64,000 nucleotides of DNA, taken from positions 77,100 to 141,099 of the forward strand of contig CBDESZ010000022.1 in assembly GCA_965242725.1 (NCBI GenBank), in the 5' to 3' direction. The notes beneath the pieces are model-generated. The model made no database searches and was not told the origin of the DNA. It saw only the letters and a list, made by a program, of their open reading frames with translations. Shown here piece after piece: positions 1 to 9,102 of the stretch. Position numbers and translations under genes: made by a program. The number at the start of each line of letters is the position of its first letter. Position 1 is the stretch's first letter. This stretch comes from Alkalispirochaeta sp. GTDB taxonomy: Bacteria > Spirochaetota > Spirochaetia > DSM-27196 > Alkalispirochaetaceae.

Positions 1-61
1 GACCAAATATCTCCGCCACGTATCACAATGGGAGATCGATAACTTTCTTACGATCTTTTAG
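1..61 (+). CDS. 3' end of a glutamine synthetase-family (gamma-glutamyl ligase-like) gene, partial
   Basis: The frame from position 2 reads TKYLRHVSQWEIDNFLTIF-TAG(59-61), resembling the C-terminal 'V(S/T)xWE..Y(L)' helix of GS-family proteins. It lies directly upstream of a FluG-type amidohydrolase. Confidence 0.55.
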   Translation, partial: TKYLRHVSQWEIDNFLTIF

Positions 62-73
62 GAGCCGACGAGT

Positions 74-1162
74 ATGGATTTGACGGATCTTCCGGTACTG
101 GACAACCATTGCCACTTTTTCTCGACCGAATTTGACGCGTCCCTGCCGCTTCACCGCGTTCTGACGCTCTCACTCAACGAAATGCCCGACGATCAGCTGC
201 GTCATTCCCTGCTCTATCGCCACACCCTTTCGGCGTTGTCGTCTCTCTTCGACGTCTCCCTGGATGAATCTGTGATACTTGAAACCCGACGCAGGGAGGG
301 TACTGGAGACTACAAAAGGTACGTGCACCGCCTGATGGGGGACATCAATATGCGGTGGATGCTCGTGGACATCGGGCTGCAGCGCTCAACCGTCGACTTC
401 TCCCGCTTTGAGGCACTCATGTCCTGCCCCGTCCACTACGTCTACCGCATTGAAACCGTGGTGGACAGGCTGGTACGGGAACACGTTTCCCCCGGGGAAG
501 GGGTCGAACGGTTCCGTCAGGAAGTCACCGCCGCGGCACGACGGCTTCCCGCGGTTGCGCTGAAAAGCATCATCGGGTACCGGACCGGACTTGAAATCGA
601 CCCGACCGTGACCGTTGCTGTCGCCGAGGAGCGGGGAGACGAGGCTTCCTACCGGAATCTCCTTTTCCTTGAAGCAACAGAAATCTGCCGCGAGCTCTCC
701 ATTCCGATCCACATCCACTCCGCATTCGGGGAATCCAATATCGATGTCCGGCGCAACAACCCTCTCCACCTGAAGCCCTTTCTCGATTCATCGTTTGCAC
801 GGGATATCGCGGTAGTGCTCATCCACGGGGGGTATCCCCGCGTCTTTGAGGGAGGGTACCTGGCGGCGATGTACCCCAATGTCTACATAGACATTTCAGA
901 GTTCATTCCCTTTGCAACAATGGGAATGCGGCGCGGGCTGGAAGATGTTATGAGCATGTGCCCCCTGAACAAGGTGATGTACGGCTCCGACGGATTTGAC
1001 CTTCCGGAAACTCACTGGTATGCCGCACGAGCCGGAAAAGAGGCGCTCGCCGCGGTTCTCGAGGCGATGGTCGGCGGACGACAGATACCTGCGCACTATG
1101 CGGAAGAGGTCGCCCATATGGTACTGTACCGAAACTCCCTGAACCTGCACCGCCTTGAATAG
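74..1162 (+). CDS. Amidohydrolase family protein (FluG/NodGS N-terminal type)
   Basis: Metal-binding and family motifs DNHCH, LKSIIGYRTGL, HIHSAFGE, IHGGYP, YGSDG; AGGAG RBS at about 60-64. Confidence 0.85.
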   Translation: MDLTDLPVLDNHCHFFSTEFDASLPLHRVLTLSLNEMPDDQLRHSLLYRHTLSALSSLFDVSLDESVILETRRREGTGDYKRYVHRLMGDINMRWMLVDIGLQRSTVDFSRFEALMSCPVHYVYRIETVVDRLVREHVSPGEGVERFRQEVTAAARRLPAVALKSIIGYRTGLEIDPTVTVAVAEERGDEASYRNLLFLEATEICRELSIPIHIHSAFGESNIDVRRNNPLHLKPFLDSSFARDIAVVLIHGGYPRVFEGGYLAAMYPNVYIDISEFIPFATMGMRRGLEDVMSMCPLNKVMYGSDGFDLPETHWYAARAGKEALAAVLEAMVGGRQIPAHYAEEVAHMVLYRNSLNLHRLE

Positions 1163-1176
1163 CGGCTCTACAGGCG

Positions 1177-1383
1177 TCACTTGCGCCGACGGCGACTGAT
1201 GCGGGACAACCCGACGATAAGCCAGCTGGTGATCATTCCGGTGAGAAAGACCGCAAGCAACACCAGTACACGCGGCGCGGTGACCGTCCACCAGAGAAAT
1301 GAGTAACTCACGACTTCCGCGTTCTGCGCGGCAAACACGACGATCACCGCCCCTATGACTATCCCGATAAGCATTCGTATCAT
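1177..1383 (-). CDS. LapA/DUF1049 family small membrane protein
   Basis: Two TM segments, FAAQN..V...FL.W motif, basic C-terminus. Alternative start at 1413. Confidence 0.7.
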   Translation of the reverse strand: MIRMLIGIVIGAVIVVFAAQNAEVVSYSFLWWTVTAPRVLVLLAVFLTGMITSWLIVGLSRISRRRRK

Positions 1384-1396
1384 GGTACGTTCCAAT

Positions 1397-3355
1397 TTAT
1401 ACCGTAGCCGCATATGTCGTCAAAACAATAAGCTCCACGGAACCGCTCAAATCGACTTCCAGATCGAGCGGCGGGTTGAGATATATCCCACCGTTGTATT
1501 TACCCGGCGACGACACATACCTGATACCGATCAATGTCTCTCCATGAAGGTACACAATATCCCGGACGTCCCGGAAGGTTCGGCTGATACCCGTTATGGA
1601 ATAGGACCGTGACGATTCAAAATAGATTTCCGCGCCACCAACGGTGAAGAGTTCATCAAATACGCTGTTCAGCTCTCTCCGAAGGGAAACGTGGGCAATG
1701 ATGTGGCTCAACATATTGGTGCTGATGAGCACTTCTCCAGGTTTCCGGTGAAAGAGCCGTTCATTGTCGGGGTCCATGAGTTCCAGAAGGATTTCCGGCG
1801 ATCTGCCGTCATGGGACAACAGATCCTGCAGGACGAGATAACCGAGAATGGTCCGGGCGTCGGCTTCTTCATGGGACGAAAGCCATCCATTTGCCAGAAA
1901 GACGATGTTGTCGTACCCCCCGGGGTTCAGGCGCATGAGATCGGACGAGGATGTGTAGTCTCCCTCGATATGGCGGACATTCGTTCCCCTGGGTAATGAG
2001 TCATTGCGAACCATCTGTGTCTCCCGTTCGGCAATCGGCACGAGGGAGAGGAGGTCTATCGCGAATGTTTCATGGGTATAGCTTCCGAATTCCCGGATAA
2101 GGGCGGGCACCTTGTGGTTCCAGCCGAGAATCAGCAGACGCTTCTTTACCTTCCGCCCGGCATCAGGGCGGCTGCGTCCCTGCCGTAGTGCAGGCGGAGA
2201 TACGCTCGATCGCTCCACCGGTTCTATGGCCCGGTATTCCCGCGCCACAAAGACGATTCGATCACCGGGTTGTACGATCGTGCCCTCCGGTGGATTGAGA
2301 AGCGGGGAAAAACCGTCCTCACCGTTCCGGAGGAGTCCCAGAACGATGGCGTTCCGGAATCTGTCCGTCAGTTCCGCCACTGGTGTTCCCACGAAGCGGG
2401 GAAACTCACGCAGATATATCTCGTTCCCGTGACTGTGGGTCAAAAGCTCCGCATAAACATAGGAGAGGCCCCGGTGACGAACGTTCTGCGCTATGAGACG
2501 ACTGATTACGACATCTCCGGCGATCGCCTCAAGGTGCTTCCGGTAGGCCGTTCGTGCAATCGGAATCTTGCGGGGATCTATGAACTCCGCGACGACAAGG
2601 GGGTGCCGGGACAGTCTGTGAAAATTCTCGTCGTTGGCGACGGTCAGCAGCGATTTTATCACGCCCATATCGGATGCTTCAGAATCCTCCTCAAAGAAGT
2701 CCGAACCGGGATACATGATGACGCCGGCGCGGAGATAATCTACGCGTTCCAGGTGGTCCGCCCTCAGCGGTGATCCCGACCGGAAGGTGATGAGCGAGGC
2801 GTTCCAGTACGGACCGAGAGCCTCTTTCAGTTCCGTGAAGATCGATGTGCTCACGTCTTCCGCAAGAATGACGATGCGAAGCTTCCGCGCGCCGATACGT
2901 TTCAGGAAACGCCGCACCCTACCCTGGGAGACTGCCAGTTCCCGCACGATGGAGGCGGTGCGATTGGTCCAGCCGAGAATCAGAATATGGTCCTTCATTG
3001 AAATCGGCGTCAGGCCCCGCTCCAGTCTCCTCATCGTACCGTGGAGCCACTGCGTCATGATGGCGATGAGGGCGCCCATGAACAGGACGTACCCCAGTAT
3101 GGTCACGACGGTTGATACAACCTTGAGAACCAGACCCTCGTCATCTCCGAGGTATCCGGGGTCGGTGAGCCGCAGAAAGGCCCACCACGCCGACGCGCCG
3201 AAGACGTCAAAACCGTCGGTAAGATGAAAAACAAGGAGCCCCGCCAGAAATGAGATGACACTTATGAGGGAGGCGATAATCAGGAGCTGGTACAGAGCTC
3301 CTTTCAGCAGGAGTTTTTCGATGAGAAAGGTGATTCGATCATAGAAGCGTTTCAT
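1397..3355 (-). CDS. CASTOR/POLLUX (DMI1)-like cation channel with RCK domains
   Basis: Pore motif WWAFLRLTDPGYLGDD; two Rossmann RCK starts (HILILGW, RLLILGWN); LNPP motifs; DARTILGYLVL. Confidence 0.85.
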   Translation of the reverse strand: MKRFYDRITFLIEKLLLKGALYQLLIIASLISVISFLAGLLVFHLTDGFDVFGASAWWAFLRLTDPGYLGDDEGLVLKVVSTVVTILGYVLFMGALIAIMTQWLHGTMRRLERGLTPISMKDHILILGWTNRTASIVRELAVSQGRVRRFLKRIGARKLRIVILAEDVSTSIFTELKEALGPYWNASLITFRSGSPLRADHLERVDYLRAGVIMYPGSDFFEEDSEASDMGVIKSLLTVANDENFHRLSRHPLVVAEFIDPRKIPIARTAYRKHLEAIAGDVVISRLIAQNVRHRGLSYVYAELLTHSHGNEIYLREFPRFVGTPVAELTDRFRNAIVLGLLRNGEDGFSPLLNPPEGTIVQPGDRIVFVAREYRAIEPVERSSVSPPALRQGRSRPDAGRKVKKRLLILGWNHKVPALIREFGSYTHETFAIDLLSLVPIAERETQMVRNDSLPRGTNVRHIEGDYTSSSDLMRLNPGGYDNIVFLANGWLSSHEEADARTILGYLVLQDLLSHDGRSPEILLELMDPDNERLFHRKPGEVLISTNMLSHIIAHVSLRRELNSVFDELFTVGGAEIYFESSRSYSITGISRTFRDVRDIVYLHGETLIGIRYVSSPGKYNGGIYLNPPLDLEVDLSGSVELIVLTTYAATV

Positions 3356-3426
3356 AGAGGTCTACAGTGTAATACGCCCCTTCGCCGATTGCACTTACCG
3401 TTCGCGCATAAAATTTTCCCGATACC

Positions 3427-3455
3427 TTGACGATTTTCAAATGCTGTCATATGTT
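3427..3455 (+). promoter_or_regulatory. sigma70-type promoter for the EIIA-antiporter operon
   Basis: TTGACG(3427-3432)-N17-TATGTT(3450-3455); GAGGA RBS 3463-3467; ATG 3473. Confidence 0.6.
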
Positions 3456-3472
3456 TACTTTTGAGGACATTA

Positions 3473-4162
3473 ATGGACAACAGCAGCCGTTTATGGTCAC
3501 TACAGGACTTGGCTACATATCTTCACGTTGCCGAGAAGACGGTATCGCGCATGATCCAACGGGGAGACCTCCCGGCGGTGCGGGTAGGAAATCAGTGGCG
3601 TATCGTTCCTTCCGAGGTGACGGAGTGGATCGCCCGACAGCGAAGCCGCCCGGAATCGCTCAGGGACATGTTGCGATCGGACCCGATGGCGGTTCCTTTT
3701 GACCGCCTGATCCGCGGGGAACATATTCTCTACGCACCGGAGATACGCGATGAGCCGACCGTATTGAAACGCCTTGCGGCGATGGTTGCCGATGCCTACC
3801 CGGAGGTAGACGCCGATGAATACCGCCTGGCCCTCGAGGAGCGGGAACAGCTCATGTCGACATCCCTCGGCGGGGGTGTTGCCGTACCGCATATTCGGCA
3901 TATAGACCGAAATCCCCCGGACAGCCTGGACCCCTTTCTCCTGATAACCGGCGAGAACGTCTCCTTCGGGGGATCTCCATGTCGGATTTTCTGCCTGATA
4001 TGCACCGATGATCTGGTCCTCCACTTACGAATGATCCAAAAAATCACATACATCTTGCGCCGGGACGACGTAATCGAAGAACTGACGCGTCAGCACGACG
4101 TTGACGGAATACTTCGCGCGATCGTCCGCGCAGAAAGGACTTTATCCTATGAAGAATCATGA
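3473..4162 (+). CDS. Excisionase-like HTH (HTH_17) fused to PTS EIIA (Fru/Ntr type)
   Basis: N-terminus SLQDLATYLHVAEKTVSRMIQRGDLPAVRVGNQWRI; EIIA motif REQLMSTSLGGGVAVPH. Confidence 0.85.
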   Translation: MDNSSRLWSLQDLATYLHVAEKTVSRMIQRGDLPAVRVGNQWRIVPSEVTEWIARQRSRPESLRDMLRSDPMAVPFDRLIRGEHILYAPEIRDEPTVLKRLAAMVADAYPEVDADEYRLALEEREQLMSTSLGGGVAVPHIRHIDRNPPDSLDPFLLITGENVSFGGSPCRIFCLICTDDLVLHLRMIQKITYILRRDDVIEELTRQHDVDGILRAIVRAERTLSYEES

Positions 4163-4937
4163 AATTGCACTTGCCGAGTGCGGCGCACATATCCGCATCG
4201 ACAATGGCGACCTCGTCCTTGAAGAGGCGGCACGCCGCATCGCCGACGCACTGTCACTTCCGGAAGCCGACGTCCTGCGCCGGCTGAAGCATCGTGAATC
4301 ACAGGGTTCCACGGGGCTTGAAAAAGGAGTCGCCCTGCCGCACTGCTCCCTTCCCGACGCGGATCGCTTCACCGTGGGGATCATCACCACCCGGGAACCC
4401 ATCGATTTTCGTGCCGTCGACGGCAAAAAATCGGACATCTTCGTCTTCGCCGCGGGACCGGAACAGAAGAGATCAGATCACGTCCGCATACTGGCGGCCC
4501 TCACGGCGCAGCTGAAGGAAGAGGGGGTACGAAAGGATATCCGTGAAGCCGACGACGGGGGCAACCTGCAGAAAATGCTCTCCAACGCCCTGCTTCCGGA
4601 GGAGCATGAAGAGACCGATCGCTATTCCCTCCTCCTCGTGTATGTACAGAATCAGGATCACTACGAGTCGATCCTTGAGATCATTTCCGCGGAAAAAGAC
4701 GCGTCGGTCTCCGTCATGGACGCAAAGAGCGCCGGATCAATCCTGCACCGACTCCCCCTCTTTGCCACCTTCTGGAACGAAAGTGAAACCCGTGAAATCC
4801 ACCGTATTGAGGCGGTTCTGCCTGCGGACCGCACCAACCGGTTGATCCGCAAAATTGAAGAAATCAATACGTCCCGCAGGGGCGTCCAAATAAGCGTACT
4901 CGATCTCAGCTATGGATCGGGTGTCCTTGATCTGTGA
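4149..4937 (+). CDS. PTS EIIA (Fru/Ntr type) fused to a C-terminal PII-like domain
   Basis: EIIA motif RESQGSTGLEKGVALPH; the last ~105 aa (YSLLLVYVQN...SVMDAKSAGSIL..LPLFATF...IEAVLP...GVQISVLDL) have a PII-like pattern. Confidence 0.75.
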   Translation: MKNHEIALAECGAHIRIDNGDLVLEEAARRIADALSLPEADVLRRLKHRESQGSTGLEKGVALPHCSLPDADRFTVGIITTREPIDFRAVDGKKSDIFVFAAGPEQKRSDHVRILAALTAQLKEEGVRKDIREADDGGNLQKMLSNALLPEEHEETDRYSLLLVYVQNQDHYESILEIISAEKDASVSVMDAKSAGSILHRLPLFATFWNESETREIHRIEAVLPADRTNRLIRKIEEINTSRRGVQISVLDLSYGSGVLDL

Positions 4938-4950
4938 GCGAGGCAGTACA

Positions 4951-6177
4951 ATGACGTTATCCCATATTATCACTTCGCCCACCGTCATAGTCGGGGTGGG
5001 TACGGTCGCGGCTTTCTACGCCGGAAATCTCGCCCGGAAAGTCAAATTGCCGTCCATTATCGGTTTCATGGTACTGGGGGCGGTGCTCGGTCCATCGCTC
5101 GTCCATTTGCTTACGGAAGAACTGCAGAATCAGCTCCAGTTCATTAATGATATTGCCCTCGGATTTGTCGCCCTTTCGATCGGACTGGAATTGAGCATTT
5201 CCGCCCTGCGACGTCAGGGGCGATCAATCATATGGATCATTTTCAGTGAAAGCATCTTTACCTTCATCGTCGTCACCCTTGCCCTCGGCTTTCTCACGGG
5301 CAACTGGGCATTTGCGCTCCTCTTTGGTGCCATAGCTCCGGCCAGTGCACCGGCCGGTACCGTTGCGATTATCCGGGAGTACCGGTCCAAGGGACCCCTC
5401 ACGCAGGCGCTCTATTCGGTCGTCGGTTTTGACGACGGTCTCGGCATCGTGATTTTCGGATTCGCCTCGGCAATTGCCGTCCAGATCCTACAGAATGCGG
5501 CTTTCTCCATGGGGCTCCTGCTCCAGCCGCTCCTCGAAATCGGAGGCAGTATCCTGGTCGGCGCCGTCGTCGGCGGAATTGCCGGGCTTCTTTCATCACG
5601 GTTGAAGTCGAGGCGGGACACACTGACGCTGATCTTCGGTTTTATTCTCCTTTCGACGGGTCTTTCCAACGCGCTTCATCTTTCGTTGATCCTCACCAAT
5701 CTCGTAGCGGGTATTACCCTGATCAACACCCAGCAGGGCGAGACCTCCGAACGGGTAGGTGAGTCCATTTCATCGGTCATGCCGCTTCTCTTTACCCTCT
5801 TCTTCCTGCTGGCGGGGGCACACCTCAAGATTGCGGCGTTGCCGGCGCTGGGATTGATCGGACTGGTTTACATTCTGGGCCGTTCCTTCGGTCTCATCGG
5901 AGGTGCGTGGATCGGAAGCGTCCTGGGCGGTGCGGACAATACGATCAAGAAGAACCTGGGGCTGGGTATTCTCAGCCAGGCCGGTGTTGCCATCGGGCTG
6001 GCCTTGTACGTGCAGCGGACCTTCTCAGCGTATGGCGAAACCGGCGCATGGATCGGTACGACGATTATCACGACGGTCACGGCGACCAGTATCATTTTTG
6101 AGATTGTCGGTCCGATACTTACAAAAATCGCATTGACCCGGGCCGGAGAGATACCAACCGAAACATCGGGAAAATGA
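4951..6177 (+). CDS. Cation:proton antiporter (CPA2 / Na_H_exchanger)
   Basis: About 12 TM segments; KLPSIIGF..G..LGP, APASAPAGT, GFDDGLG, LSQAGVAIGLA. Confidence 0.9.
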   Translation: MTLSHIITSPTVIVGVGTVAAFYAGNLARKVKLPSIIGFMVLGAVLGPSLVHLLTEELQNQLQFINDIALGFVALSIGLELSISALRRQGRSIIWIIFSESIFTFIVVTLALGFLTGNWAFALLFGAIAPASAPAGTVAIIREYRSKGPLTQALYSVVGFDDGLGIVIFGFASAIAVQILQNAAFSMGLLLQPLLEIGGSILVGAVVGGIAGLLSSRLKSRRDTLTLIFGFILLSTGLSNALHLSLILTNLVAGITLINTQQGETSERVGESISSVMPLLFTLFFLLAGAHLKIAALPALGLIGLVYILGRSFGLIGGAWIGSVLGGADNTIKKNLGLGILSQAGVAIGLALYVQRTFSAYGETGAWIGTTIITTVTATSIIFEIVGPILTKIALTRAGEIPTETSGK

Positions 6178-6227
6178 ATAAAAATTGCAAGTACCGCAAA
6201 ATCTAACATTCCGTGTATACTTGCTTT

Positions 6228-6965
6228 ATGGACGGAGCACAGATCGAGCTGTTGATGGCAGGCGGCCGCATGGTCCTGACCGAACAGGGTGAGGAAAGCG
6301 CAATCAGGAAAAACCCGATTGACGGTCCCCGGAATGTGAAGGCCGACGGTCTCGACGGCGATGATCACGCGTATCACCATCACGGCGGCGCCGACAAGGC
6401 GCTGCTCCACTATCCGGCGGAACACTACGACACCTATCGCCGTCGCTTTCCCAGGTTTTCGGCAAATCTGAACGGGCCACGCCGGGGATTCGGCGAGAAT
6501 ATCAGTACCCACGGCATAACCGAAGAGGATGTGTGCCTCGGCGATCGCTACCGCATCGAACCGGCAGACCCCGCCGATGCGCGCCGGGGTATCCTCGTGG
6601 AAGTCTCGGGCTTCCGGCAGCCGTGCTGGAAGCTCGGTTTTAACTGCGCCGTCCGGGATGTTCCACGATTGATGCAGGATCAGGGGAAGACGGGGTGGTA
6701 CTATCGGGTGATCGAGCTTGGCGCGATCGCTCAAGGTGATCGCATTGCTCTCGTCCAGCGGCCCTTCCCGGAGTGGACCATCGGTCGGCTGATCAGGGGC
6801 TTTTACGGCACACCGCTGGACAGGGAATTTCTTGCCGGCGTGGTAAAGCTCCCCGCCCTCGCTGAGTCGCTGCGGGTGGTCATGGAACACCGACTGTCGT
6901 CTGGCGTCGTGGAGTCCTGGGACGACCGTCTCTACGGACACGAAAAACAGTTTCACCAAAAGTAA
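6228..6965 (+). CDS. MOSC domain protein (YiiM-like, C-terminal 3-alpha)
   Basis: HHGGADKA, GFGENIST, EVSGFRQPCWKL, GWYYRVIE.G.I..GD. Confidence 0.9.
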   Translation: MDGAQIELLMAGGRMVLTEQGEESAIRKNPIDGPRNVKADGLDGDDHAYHHHGGADKALLHYPAEHYDTYRRRFPRFSANLNGPRRGFGENISTHGITEEDVCLGDRYRIEPADPADARRGILVEVSGFRQPCWKLGFNCAVRDVPRLMQDQGKTGWYYRVIELGAIAQGDRIALVQRPFPEWTIGRLIRGFYGTPLDREFLAGVVKLPALAESLRVVMEHRLSSGVVESWDDRLYGHEKQFHQK

Positions 6966-6984
6966 TCGGCGGCCGTAGTGCCCG

Positions 6985-9102
6985 TTACTGCTGGAGAACC
7001 CGCCTTATTTCGGCCCACACCTGAAACTCCCGATACGGTTTTGAGAGAAAACCGTCCATTCCCGCTGCGTAACACTCATCGATCTGCTCCTTGAACGCGT
7101 GGGCGGACAGGGCGATGATGGGGTGCCGGGACGCTCCACTGTCATGCTCCCAGGCGCGTATGCGACGCGTGGCGGAAATTCCGTCAAGATGAGGCATTGA
7201 AATATCCATGAGAATCACGTCAAAGTCCCGTTGCGTGACCGCTTCCGCCGCTCTGACCCCGTCGGACGCCTCCTCCACCTTTGCCCCTGCCCGGGAAATG
7301 AAATGGGAAAGGTAAATTCTGTTGATCGCCTCGTCTTCAACGATGAGGACCGAGAGGCCGTCCGCCACGCCCTTCTCCGCAGGCGCATCCTTTTCCGCCG
7401 GTGCGATTGTTTCCGCGGACGGCAACGGTAACGTCACGTCAAATTGTGACCCCTCTCCGATTTCGCTGACAACAGTCACCGTGCCGCCGTGCAGATCCAC
7501 AAGTGTCTTCACGATCGCAAGACCGATACCCAATCCGGCGGTCGTGATTGCAGGTTCTCCCGTTCCCCGAGTGAATGGCTCAAAGATCGCGGACATCTCC
7601 CCGTCGGGAATTCCCGGTCCGGTGTCGCTCACCGAGATGAACAGCGTATCGTCGCGGTAGTCAAGAGCAAGGGAGACCGTACCGTCATCGGTAAACTTGA
7701 TCGCGTTGCCCCCCAGGTTAATGATGATCTGGGCGATTCTCTCCCGGTCACCGAGGACACGCACATCGTTTCCGGCATATGTGACGTGCCATTGAAGTTT
7801 CTTGTTTACGGCGGCCACCCCAAGTGTCTGATCGATCCAGTCTACCATCTCCTGGAGCCTGAAGGTGGTCGGCTCAAGAGTCATTCCACCCGCGCCGGTA
7901 CGGGAGATTTCGAGCAAATCAAGAAGGATACGGGAAAGATGCTGCGACGCCCCTTCAATTGTCCTGACGAGCTGAAGCTGCCGCCCGTCCAGCCCCGACT
8001 TGCCCAGGATATCGGTCATCCCGATTATACCGTGGAGCGGCGTGCGAAGCTCGTGACTCACATTGGCGAGAAAGCGCAGCTTCGCGTCGTTTGCATCACG
8101 CAATTCATTCTGGATTTCGGTGCTTCTGTTCAACGCTTCCGTCAGTTCCCTGGTACGCCGTCGTATCTGCCGCCTCAATATTGCGACCCACGCAAAGGCG
8201 CCGATGCCTACGCCAATGACGACATGAAGAACGACCACCACGATCCGTCCCTGCGTCGTGGTCCACCACGGTGGTCGTTCCAGAATGCCGAACCACTCCT
8301 CGTACAGCGTGTCAAACTCGCCGGTCGATTTGAGAACTCCCAGTCCTTCATTCAATATCGCCAGCAGATCAGCGTCACCCTTCCGGACGGCCATCCCATA
8401 GGGTTGGCGGAAAAGCGGCTCCTCGAGCATGTATATATTCCGATACCGGCCACGCCGGATCTCCCTCATCCCCTGGCCCATCCCGAAGATGGCGACCTCT
8501 CCCCTGCCCGTCTCAAGCGCTTCAAGGACGTCGCTCCACTCGGCGATGGGAACCACCTCTCTCCCGATACCCTCTTCCACGACATAATCATGCGCAAGGT
8601 CGCCGCGATGAACGAGGATGGTGGCATCATCCACATCCTGTAATGTACGAACGGCGGAACCTGAGGTGGTAAACACCCCGTAGGACACCACAAAGAGAGG
8701 AATGGTGAAGTCGTGCAGCTGGTCCCGCGCCGGGGTCCGGTACATTCCCTGAAGCATATCCACTTCACCCGTCTCCAGACGCCGCCGCGCATCACTCCAG
8801 GAGGTAAGCTCCACCTCAATATCGAGATTCATTATTTCCGCCACACGTGCAACGATGGCGGTATTGAAACCGTCGGGCTCTCCCTGTTCATTGAGATACT
8901 CAAAGGGCGGATAGTCGTGGTCTCCACCCACACGGACCTTTCGCGAAAGCGATGAACCCGTGCCGCTCTCCACCGGGACGGTGCGGGAAATGAACCGCCC
9001 GTCCCTGCCGTCCATATTTTCAGGTACACAGGCGGAGACAATCAGCAGAATGCACGCGAGGAAGATGAAGGTCCGCACGCCCCCTCCTCCCACTGAGTTC
9101 AC
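6985..9102 (-). CDS. Hybrid sensor histidine kinase (SBP_bac_3 sensor, HisKA, HATPase, receiver)
   Basis: DYPPFEY sensor; H-box FLANVSHELRTPL; NAIKFT; DTGPGI; receiver ILMDISMP.LDG. Start overlaps the stop of the upstream glucosidase. Confidence 0.9.
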   Translation of the reverse strand: MNSVGGGGVRTFIFLACILLIVSACVPENMDGRDGRFISRTVPVESGTGSSLSRKVRVGGDHDYPPFEYLNEQGEPDGFNTAIVARVAEIMNLDIEVELTSWSDARRRLETGEVDMLQGMYRTPARDQLHDFTIPLFVVSYGVFTTSGSAVRTLQDVDDATILVHRGDLAHDYVVEEGIGREVVPIAEWSDVLEALETGRGEVAIFGMGQGMREIRRGRYRNIYMLEEPLFRQPYGMAVRKGDADLLAILNEGLGVLKSTGEFDTLYEEWFGILERPPWWTTTQGRIVVVVLHVVIGVGIGAFAWVAILRRQIRRRTRELTEALNRSTEIQNELRDANDAKLRFLANVSHELRTPLHGIIGMTDILGKSGLDGRQLQLVRTIEGASQHLSRILLDLLEISRTGAGGMTLEPTTFRLQEMVDWIDQTLGVAAVNKKLQWHVTYAGNDVRVLGDRERIAQIIINLGGNAIKFTDDGTVSLALDYRDDTLFISVSDTGPGIPDGEMSAIFEPFTRGTGEPAITTAGLGIGLAIVKTLVDLHGGTVTVVSEIGEGSQFDVTLPLPSAETIAPAEKDAPAEKGVADGLSVLIVEDEAINRIYLSHFISRAGAKVEEASDGVRAAEAVTQRDFDVILMDISMPHLDGISATRRIRAWEHDSGASRHPIIALSAHAFKEQIDECYAAGMDGFLSKPYREFQVWAEIRRVLQQ

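Noticed and set aside
3473..3650. Excisionase-like HTH as evidence of a prophage or ICE
   Set aside because: It is fused to EIIA, and no integrase, att site or phage gene is nearby.
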